In this document: piece after piece, positions 57,621-64,000 of the stretch
How the letters are laid out: every line of letters begins with the position of its first letter
Numbering within the stretch: position 1 is the stretch's first letter
From: an uncultured Acidobacteriota bacterium
GTDB taxonomy: Bacteria > Acidobacteriota > Vicinamibacteria > Vicinamibacterales > 2-12-FULL-66-21
Direction: 5' to 3'
Length of the DNA: 64,000 nucleotides
NCBI GenBank assembly: GCA_963820645.1
Contig: CAWGAS010000023.1
Span: forward strand, 33,795-97,794
The notes under the pieces: model-generated
The model's database searches: none
Told to the model about the DNA's origin: nothing
What the model saw: only the letters and a program-made list of their open reading frames with translations
Translations under genes and position numbers: made by a program

Positions 57621-58147
57621 TTCGCAGAAGCACGCGCTCGTCGATTCTCGCGCGGCGCGCCGTCGTGGCGCAAGTCGCCGGAACCGCGGCGCCGGTGCCC
57701 GTGGCGATTGGCTTGCCCGAAGCCTCGGGCGCATTCGTGACCCTCAAGCGGCTCGGGGCGTTGCGCGGCTGCCTGGGAACGCTGCAGTGCAGCCGCGGCC
57801 TCGCGGCCGAAGTCGCGCGCTGCGCCGCCGAAGCGGCGAGCGAAGATCCACGCTTTCCTCCGGTGCGGTCCGACGAGCTCGCTGACGTGTCCGTCGAAGT
57901 GTCGGTTCTCGGCCCGCTCGAACCGATCGACCCGGCCGATTCGTCGGTCATCACCCTCGGCCGTCACGGGCTCGTCGCCGAACAGGGAGAGCGGCGCGGC
58001 CTGCTGCTGCCGCAGGTCGCGACCGAATGGGGCTGGACCACCGAGCAGTTTCTCCGCCAGACGTGCGTGAAGGCGGGCCTCCCGGGCGACGCGTGGCAGC
58101 GCGGCGCGCGGATCTTCCGCTTCGATGCGGAAGTGTTTGGGGAATGA
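57610..58147 (+). CDS. amrA: AmmeMemoRadiSam system protein A (AMMECR1 domain), early frameshift
   Basis: ATG at 57610 (MLSDSQKHALVD) shifts into the frame of ORF 57374..58147: ARRAVVAQVAG...ASGAFVTLKRLGALRGCLGTLQCSRGLAAEVARCAAEAASEDPRFPPV...VSVLGPLEPI...GRHGLVAEQGERRGLLLPQVATEWGW. Confidence 0.8.
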
Positions 58148-58168
58148 ACTTGTAGAACCCGTTTCCCG

Positions 58169-59050
58169 ATGCCCCGTCTTGGTGCCCATCTTTCGATCGC
58201 CGGCGGCCTTCCGCGAGCCGTGGATCGCGCGAAGGCGTCGCGCTGCGAGGCGCTCCAGATCTTCACGAAGTCGGTGGGGCAGTGGCGGGCCCGCGCGCTG
58301 CCTTCCGAAGAGATCGCGCTGTTTCGAAAGCGGGTGGACGACACCGGCATACGCCCGGTGGTCGCTCACAACAGTTACCTGATCAACCTCGCCGCCGCGG
58401 ATCCGGCGCTGCGCGCGCGTTCGAGTGCGGCGCTCGGCGAGGAGCTCGATCGCGCCGAGTCACTGGGGCTCGACGGCCTCGTGATGCACCCCGGCTCGTA
58501 CACGACCGGCACCGAGGAAGAAGGTCTGCGGCTCATCGGCGACGCGATCGTCGCGCTCCTGGCCGAGCGGCCGAAGGCGGGAACGATGGTGCTGCTCGAG
58601 CACACGGCCGGGCAGGGCACCAACCTGGGACACCGCTTCGAGCACCTCGCCGCGATTCTCGAACGCGCCGGCGGGTCGCCGCGGATCGGCGTCTGCCTCG
58701 ACACGTGTCATCTGCTCACCGCCGGTTACGATCTCTGCTCGCAGGCGGGATACGACGAGACGTTCCGCGAATTCGATCGGATCGTGGGGCTCGACCGCAT
58801 CAAGGTGTTCCACCTGAACGACTCCAAGAAGCCGTGCGGCAGCCGCGTCGATCGCCACGAGCACATCGGCAAAGGCTGTCTCGGCCTGGAGCCGTTCCGC
58901 CGGCTGCTGAACGATCCGCGGTTCGCGTCGCTGCCGATGCTGCTCGAAACGCCCAAGCTCGATACTCCCGCGAGCCGACGGCGAAGCGATGTCGATCCGT
59001 GGGACGCGCGAAACCTGCGCGCGCTCAGAAAGCTGATCCAGGCGGTATAG
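58169..59050 (+). CDS. nfo: deoxyribonuclease IV (endonuclease IV)
   Basis: Intact ORF: MPRLGAHLSIAGGL...ALQIFTKS...VAHNSYLINLA...LVMHPGS...LLEHTAGQGTNLG...CLDTCHLLTAGYD...FHLNDSK...GSRVDRHEHIGKG. Confidence 0.9.
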   Translation: MPRLGAHLSIAGGLPRAVDRAKASRCEALQIFTKSVGQWRARALPSEEIALFRKRVDDTGIRPVVAHNSYLINLAAADPALRARSSAALGEELDRAESLGLDGLVMHPGSYTTGTEEEGLRLIGDAIVALLAERPKAGTMVLLEHTAGQGTNLGHRFEHLAAILERAGGSPRIGVCLDTCHLLTAGYDLCSQAGYDETFREFDRIVGLDRIKVFHLNDSKKPCGSRVDRHEHIGKGCLGLEPFRRLLNDPRFASLPMLLETPKLDTPASRRRSDVDPWDARNLRALRKLIQAV

Positions 59051-59058
59051 TGAAGATC

Positions 59059-59932
59059 ATGCGCCGAGTCATCGTCCTGCCGCTGATCCTCGCCATCATC
59101 GCGGCCCCGAGCCCCGCGTCCGCCTGGGGCTTCGAGGCGCACAAGTTCATCATGGCGCGCGCCATCGCGCTGCTGCCCGTGGAGATTCGTCCGTTCTTCG
59201 AGCAAGTTCGAGACGTCGATCGTCGAGCACAGCATCGATCCGGACCTCTGGCGCACGGTCGGATGGCTCGAAGAGAGCACGCGCCACTTCGTCGACATGG
59301 ACGCCTACGGCCCGTATCCGTTCACGGATCTCCCGCGGCGGTACGACGACGCGGTCAAGCGGTACGGCGCCGAATTCGTCGCGAAGAACGGGACGCTGCC
59401 CTGGCGCACCGAGGAGATGTACCAGAAGCTCGTCGAGGCGTTCACCCAGAAGGGCCCGTACTCCCGCGAGAACATCAAGTTGTTCTCGTCGGTCATCGCC
59501 CACTACACCGCGGACGGGCACGTGCCGTTCCACGCGACGCTCAACCACGACGGGCAGCTGACCGGGCAGTCGGGCATTCACTCCCGCTTCGAAAGCGAGC
59601 TGTTCGAGCGGTACCGCTCGAAGCTCAATCTCGCGCCACGGCCGCCGGCCACCGTCGGCAATCCGCGCGACTTCATGTTCGACACGCTCGTCACCAGCTT
59701 CTCCCTCGTCCAGCCGATTCTGGACGCCGACAAATCGGCCGTCGAGGGACGCCAGCTCTACGACGACGTCTATTTCACGCGGTTCTTCGAAAAGGCCAGG
59801 CCGATCCTCGAGAGGCGCGTCTCGGATTCCATCGGCGGCGTGGCCGCGATCATCACGGCCGCGTGGATTGACGCCGGACGGCCGGCGCTGCCGCTCGAGG
59901 CGTCGAAACCGCCGCGGAAGGTCGGGCGCTAG
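59059..59932 (+). CDS. S1/P1-nuclease-like (zinc-dependent phospholipase C / nuclease fold) secreted protein, one frameshift
   Basis: MRRVIVLPLILAIIAAPSPASAWGFEAHKFIMARAIALLP (tail of ORF 58282..59871), then ORF 59297..59932 with VIAHYTADGHVPFHATLNHDGQ. Confidence 0.65.
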
Positions 59933-60007
59933 CTGGTAGGCCGCCGGCCATGGCACCCTGCTTGCACCGCTGAGGCTGGCTAGCACGGCGTAGCGGGAGG
60001 ATTGCTC

Positions 60008-60151
60008 ATGCTTTGGACCATCGTCTTCGTGCTGTTGATCCTGTGGGTTCTTGGTTTCGCCATGAAAGTGGCTGGGGGGTTGATTCATGCCCTGCTCGTC
60101 ATCGCCGTGGTCGTCGTGATCTTCAAGATGCTGAGCGGCCGGCGCATCTGA
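60008..60151 (+). CDS. lmo0937-family small membrane protein (47 aa; below the ORF-track cutoff)
   Basis: Manual translation: MLWTIVFVLLILWVLGFAMKVAGGLIHALLVIAVVVVIFKMLSGRRI*. GGAGG lies 8 nt upstream. Confidence 0.7.
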   Translation: MLWTIVFVLLILWVLGFAMKVAGGLIHALLVIAVVVVIFKMLSGRRI

Positions 60152-60261
60152 ACGGAACCGGGCGTTGCCCCGGCCCGGGGATTCCGGGCGGGGATACGTC
60201 CGCTGCGTACGAAGCGCCAGAAAAGACGCGCGCATGCGGGGATATGATCGTAGTGACAGTC

Positions 60262-60946
60262 ATGGACGTCTATCTGGTGCCGGTCGGCGGCGAGCGCTAC
60301 GAGTTGTATTGCGAGGTGCCTGACGAACCGCAGGAATCCTCCGCCGAGACGTCGGCGGGGTTCTTCCAGCGGATGAAACACCGCTTCAGCACGATGCTCG
60401 CTGAAGCGGAGCACCAGCGCCGTCACGGCCAGACGGAGCACGAGCACCTCGGATGGCTCGGCCGCGCGAAAGCGCGATCGATGCGCTGGGTCGCCGAGAG
60501 CATCGCCGAGCAGCGCCTCTTGTGGCATCTCCGGCGACAGGAGCGCGCGTGCCTGTTCTATCCCGACGATATGGACGAGCCCCGCGCCGTGGCCTGCCTG
60601 CGCCGTCAATTGGGGCGCGATTTCGACAAGCACCGGTTCTGGCTGATCATCGATTCGATTGGCTTCATCGTCGTCGGGCGTGCTGTTCTTCGTGCCCGGG
60701 CCCAACGTGCTCGCCTACTATTTCGCCTTCCGGATGGTCGGCCACTATTTCTCGCTGCGGGGCGCGCGGAACGGCCTCAGCGGCGTCGCCTGGACGAACG
60801 AGCGCAGTGCGCCGTTGTCGGATCTGCGCCGCGCCATGGCGCTCGACGGGGACGAGCGCGATCGGCGCGTCCACGACGTGGCCGACGCGCTGAACCTCGA
60901 GCACCTGGTCAAGTTCTTCGAGCGCATGACGGTTCGGACGGCCTGA
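60262..60946 (+). CDS. hypothetical conserved membrane-associated protein, one frameshift
   Basis: MDVYLVPVGGERYELYCEVPDEP...KHRFWLIIDSIGFI (ORF 60013..61137 frame) continues as SGVLFFVPGPNVLAYYFAFRMVGHYFSLRGARNGL... (ORF 60659..60946). Confidence 0.5.
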
Positions 60947-60947
60947 C

Positions 60948-61066
60948 GGGAACTCCCAAGAAAGCCAACTCCCAACTCCCAAACAGCCTGGGAGTGAAAG
61001 TCGCAGCGACTTCGCCCAGCTGGTGCGAACCCAAGTCCTTTGGGAGTTGGTCTCTTTGGAGTTCGT
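60948..61066. repeat. word array / hairpin (ACTCCCA x3, then TGGGAGT-like x3)
   Basis: The left part GGGAACTCCCAAGAAAGCCAACTCCCAACTCCCAAACAGCC matches the reverse complement of the right part TGGGAGTTGGTCTCTTTGGAGTTCG. Inner hairpins are CTCCCA-AACAGCC-TGGGAG and AAGTCG-CAG-CGACTT. It starts 2 nt after the upstream stop. Confidence 0.7.
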
Positions 61067-61093
61067 GGTTGACCCTGTCGTATACTCCCGTTC

Positions 61094-62119
61094 TTGAAGC
61101 TGCGCGACCTATCGGAGCGCCTCGGCTGTCGTCTTGAAGGGGACGGCGACATCGAGATCCACCGCGTCGCCGGGATCGAGGATGCCGGCGCCGGCGACCT
61201 GACCTTTTTCAGCAATCCCAAGTACGCGGCGGCGCTGAAGCAGACGGGAGCGTCGGCCGTCATCGCCGGCGATCGCGCCGAAGGCGCCCCGTGCGCGGTC
61301 CTGCGCGCCCGCCATCCCTACCTCACGTTCGCCAAGGCCGTCGAGCTCTTCGCGGATGCGTGGCGGCCGTCGCCCGGCATTCACCGCCTTGCCGATGTCT
61401 CGGCCAGCGCCACGATCGGCGAGGACGCCTCGGTCGGCGCGTTTGCCGTCGTCGGCGACGGCGCGTGGATCGGGGCGCGCACGGTGCTGTATCCGCACGT
61501 GACCGTCGGCCGCGAGGCGCAGATCGGCGACGACTGCGTGATCCATGCCCGCGTGTCGATTCGGGAGCGTGTGCGGATCGGAAACCGCGTCGTCGTCCAG
61601 GACGGCGCCGTCATCGGCAGCGACGGGTTCGGGTTCGCGCGGACGCCCGAAGGCGCGCACTACAAGATCCCGCAGATCGGCGGCGTGTCGATCGGGGACG
61701 ACGTGGAGATCGGCGCGAATGCGACGATCGATCGGCCGGCTGTGGGGGAGACGCGGATCGGGGCGGGCAGCAAGATCGACAACCTGGTGCAGATCGCGCA
61801 CGGCGTGACCGTCGGCCGCGACGTGCTGCTCGCCGCCCAGGTCGGCATCGCCGGCAGCACGACGATCGAGGATGCCGTCACGCTCGCCGGCCAGGTCGGG
61901 GTGTCGGGCCACATCACGATTGGCAAGGGCACGATCGCGACGGCGCAGACCGGCGTGCCGAATTCCGTGGAGCCCGGATCCTTCATCTCCGGCTACCCTG
62001 CCATCGACAACCGCGCGTGGCTGAAGTCGTCGGCCGTGTTCCGGCGGCTGCCGGAGCTGCGCAAGACCATCGCCGACCTCGCGGCGCGCCTGGCCCGGCT
62101 GGAGTCACGCCTCAAGTAG
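61094..62119 (+). CDS. lpxD: UDP-3-O-acylglucosamine N-acyltransferase
   Basis: Intact 341-aa ORF (TTG start) with left-handed beta-helix hexapeptide repeats, ...GSDGFGFA...[26 protein letters not shown] and a C-terminal helix. Confidence 0.9.
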   Translation: MKLRDLSERLGCRLEGDGDIEIHRVAGIEDAGAGDLTFFSNPKYAAALKQTGASAVIAGDRAEGAPCAVLRARHPYLTFAKAVELFADAWRPSPGIHRLADVSASATIGEDASVGAFAVVGDGAWIGARTVLYPHVTVGREAQIGDDCVIHARVSIRERVRIGNRVVVQDGAVIGSDGFGFARTPEGAHYKIPQIGGVSIGDDVEIGANATIDRPAVGETRIGAGSKIDNLVQIAHGVTVGRDVLLAAQVGIAGSTTIEDAVTLAGQVGVSGHITIGKGTIATAQTGVPNSVEPGSFISGYPAIDNRAWLKSSAVFRRLPELRKTIADLAARLARLESRLK

Positions 62120-62242
62120 CGCGCCCGGCGCCATTTTTTACCTCTGCTTGCTGTGCTGTCTGGTCAGAAAACAGATTGGACAGTTGCCGTGTTCGCCCTG
62201 TACCACCAATTCAATCAACGGACCTCGCTGTCAAACAGGCTT

Positions 62243-62597
62243 CGCTGTTCTTCCAACACGGGGGTCACGGAGGCCACGGAGACTCTAACTTCACCCTCCC
62301 GCACGCACTCGAGCCGCGCGAGCGCGGCGGGGTCAGGCGAGACCGAGGAGACAAGCAGCCCAGTCTCGGATCGCTGCTTGCCTCCTCGATCTCGTCTGAC
62401 CCTGCAACGCCGGCCTCCGGCAACACGAGGCCGGCGCTCGAGTGCGTTCCCCCTAGACTTCTGTCGTCAGTGTCCTTGTTTTGTTCGAACTGGCTGTCAA
62501 GTGAGCGATCGTGTCGAAATACGAACTCCAACCCAGTCGCTTCGGTCCTTGAGCCTTCTCCGTGACCCCCGTGGCCTCCGTGTTGGGAAGACAGGCG
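62243..62597. repeat. about 355-bp nested imperfect palindrome / structured element in a 675-bp non-coding gap
   Basis: Outer arms 62243-62283 (CGCTGTTCTTCCAACACGGGGGTCACGGAGGCCACGGAGAC) and 62558-62597 (CTCCGTGACCCCCGTGGCCTCCGTGTTGGGAAGACAGGCG). Inner stem GCACTCGAG (62305-62313) with CTCGAGTGC (62437-62445). A 30-bp hairpin at 62330-62402 and a 9-bp perfect hairpin at 62409-62435. Confidence 0.7.
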
Positions 62598-62793
62598 CAG
62601 CCGGGCGTGACCGCTGATCGGGCGTTCACAACTACGAGTTTCATTCATCGGGGTGAACGCAGCTCATGGGCCACTCTGTGGTGAATGCCGTTCGTCCCGC
62701 ACCTGGTTTGTGCAGCTCGGGTTGCGCAAAAGCTCCGCTGCTGCTTCCCGTGCCATAATCGGATCGGGCCCTTTGATTCCTTCTGGACAACCC

Positions 62794-64000
62794 ATGTCAT
62801 ATTCGATCTCCCGGCCGTTTGCCGCCGTGCTGGTGGCGCTCGCCGCGCTCGTGGCGGCGGACCCGGGCGCGCGCGCGTCGACGCGGCCGCCCAAGCTCAA
62901 TTACACGATGACGACCCTGCCGAACGGGTTGAAGGTGGTGTTCCTCGAGGACCACTCCACGCCGATCGTGCACACCGAAATGTGGTACCACGTCGGGTCC
63001 AAGAACGAGCGTCCCGGCCGCACCGGCTTCGCGCACCTGTTCGAGCACATGATGTTCAAGGGCTCGAAGAACGTCGAGCCCGAGGGACATCCGTCGTTGA
63101 TCTCGAGCATCGGCGGGCAGAGCAACGCCTACACCGACGAAGACGCGACGGTCTTCTGGCAGACGACGCCGGCGCAATACCTCCCGCTGGTGCTGTGGCT
63201 CGAAGCCGATCGCCTCGCGTCGCTGCGCATCGAAGAGGACGTGTTCAAGAACGAGCGGCAGGTGGTCAAGGAAGAGCGCCGGATGCGCGTCGACAATCAG
63301 CCGTACGGGCGGCTGAACGAGCTCATCTACAACCAGGCGTTCACGGTCCACCCCTACAAGCACCCGACGATCGGCAGCCTGGAGGATCTCGAGGCCGCGT
63401 CCATTTCCGACGTCCGCGATTTCTTCCGGACCTACTACGTGCCCAACAACGCGACGCTGGTGCTCGTCGGAGATTTCGAGACGAAGGAGGCGCAGGAACT
63501 GGTGACGCGGTATCTCGGGCGCGTGCCGGGATCGGACCGCCCGGTTCCGCGCGATATTCCGAAGGAGCCTCCACAGACGAAGGAGCGGCGCGTCAAGCTG
63601 GAGGAGAACTGGCCGTTGCCCGCGGTGGTCGTGGCCCATCACATCACCTTCGACGGCGATCCGGATTCGTACCCGCTCCACATCACGTCGAAGGTGCTCT
63701 CGGACGGACAGAGCTCGCGGATCTACCGGAAGCTCGTCTACGAGAAGCAGCTCGCGCTCGCGGCCTTCGGCGGCGGCCGAATCATCGAGGACCCGAACCT
63801 CTTTTATGCCGTGGCGATCGTGCAGCCCGGCAAGACGACCGAGGAAACCATCGCGGCCCTCATCGCGGAGCTCGATCGGCTGCGGAACGAGCCGATCAGC
63901 GCCGCGGAGCTCCAGCAGGCGAAGAACCAGTTCGCGCGGGACTACATCTTCAGCCGCGAGTCGAACAAGGACAAGGCCCAGCACCTCGGGCACGCGGCGG
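62794..64000 (+). CDS. M16-family (insulinase/pitrilysin-like) zinc peptidase, 3' end beyond the window
   Basis: Manual plus-strand translation from the ATG at 62794: MSYSISRPFAAVLVALAALVAADPGARA...GLKVVFLEDHSTPIVHTEMWYHVGSKNERPGRTGFAHLFEHMMFKGS (HxxEH motif) ...NAYTDEDATVFW...ERQVVKEERRMRVDN. It is not in the ORF track because no stop falls in the window. The listed ORF 62797..63993(-) is its antisense shadow. Confidence 0.85.
   Translation, partial: MSYSISRPFAAVLVALAALVAADPGARASTRPPKLNYTMTTLPNGLKVVFLEDHSTPIVHTEMWYHVGSKNERPGRTGFAHLFEHMMFKGSKNVEPEGHPSLISSIGGQSNAYTDEDATVFWQTTPAQYLPLVLWLEADRLASLRIEEDVFKNERQVVKEERRMRVDNQPYGRLNELIYNQAFTVHPYKHPTIGSLEDLEAASISDVRDFFRTYYVPNNATLVLVGDFETKEAQELVTRYLGRVPGSDRPVPRDIPKEPPQTKERRVKLEENWPLPAVVVAHHITFDGDPDSYPLHITSKVLSDGQSSRIYRKLVYEKQLALAAFGGGRIIEDPNLFYAVAIVQPGKTTEETIAALIAELDRLRNEPISAAELQQAKNQFARDYIFSRESNKDKAQHLGHAA

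Noticed and set aside
62330-62402. SRP (4.5S) RNA, because GGTCAGG…AAGCAGCC resembles the conserved GGUCAGGUCCGGAAGGAAGCAGCC core.
   Set aside because: The SRP helix-8 GGAA tetraloop and the symmetric and asymmetric loops are absent. Here the similar strings are the two ends of one arm of a 30-bp hairpin with a 13-nt loop.

Overview
High-GC (roughly 68-70%) bacterial chromosomal segment. The protein sequences, such as TonB-dependent receptors with a carboxypeptidase-regulatory-like N-terminus, suggest an Acidobacteriota-like organism; this is inference and I could not verify it. I recognise about 55 protein genes, nearly all housekeeping. (1) A minus-strand operon at 1-7002: HlyD adaptor, MacB-type ABC ATPase, two FtsX permeases, a sigma-54 response regulator and a histidine kinase. 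(2) tmRNA at 7543-7891. (3) A coiled-coil/GAF-like repeat protein, an Slt lytic transglycosylase and two divergent polytopic membrane proteins. (4) Two TonB-dependent receptors, an outer-membrane barrel and two MsbA-like ABC exporters. (5) The classical thrS-infC-rpmI-rplT-pheS-pheT cluster followed by zapB-like/zapA, rny and thiL, plus tRNA-Val(GAC). (6) An S41 protease, an EnvC-like M23 peptidase and an alkaline-phosphatase-family protein. (7) ruvX-mltG. (8) xseA-xseB-ispA-tlyA-nadK. (9) A YmdB-like phosphoesterase, two divergent hsp20 genes and rpoZ. (10) gatC-gatA, amrB-amrA, nfo, an S1/P1-like nuclease, lpxD and an M16 peptidase that runs off the window end. I found no transposase, integrase, CRISPR array, toxin-antitoxin pair or recognisable defence gene, so this looks like core genome rather than an accessory island. 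Two window-wide peculiarities stand out. First, about half of the genes, including essential ones, need single-nucleotide frame corrections. This most likely reflects consensus indel errors, and it limits every ORF-level conclusion. Second, almost every longer spacer, and one intragenic linker, is filled by an array of a 5-9 nt word. The array is usually followed by an array of the reverse-complement word, which gives a long imperfect hairpin. The word differs from spacer to spacer, but some words recur as small families (GAGACC x3, GGAACC x3, ACGGAG x2). These arrays abut or overlap start and stop codons. I cannot assign them to a repeat class I know, and they are the most interesting signal here.
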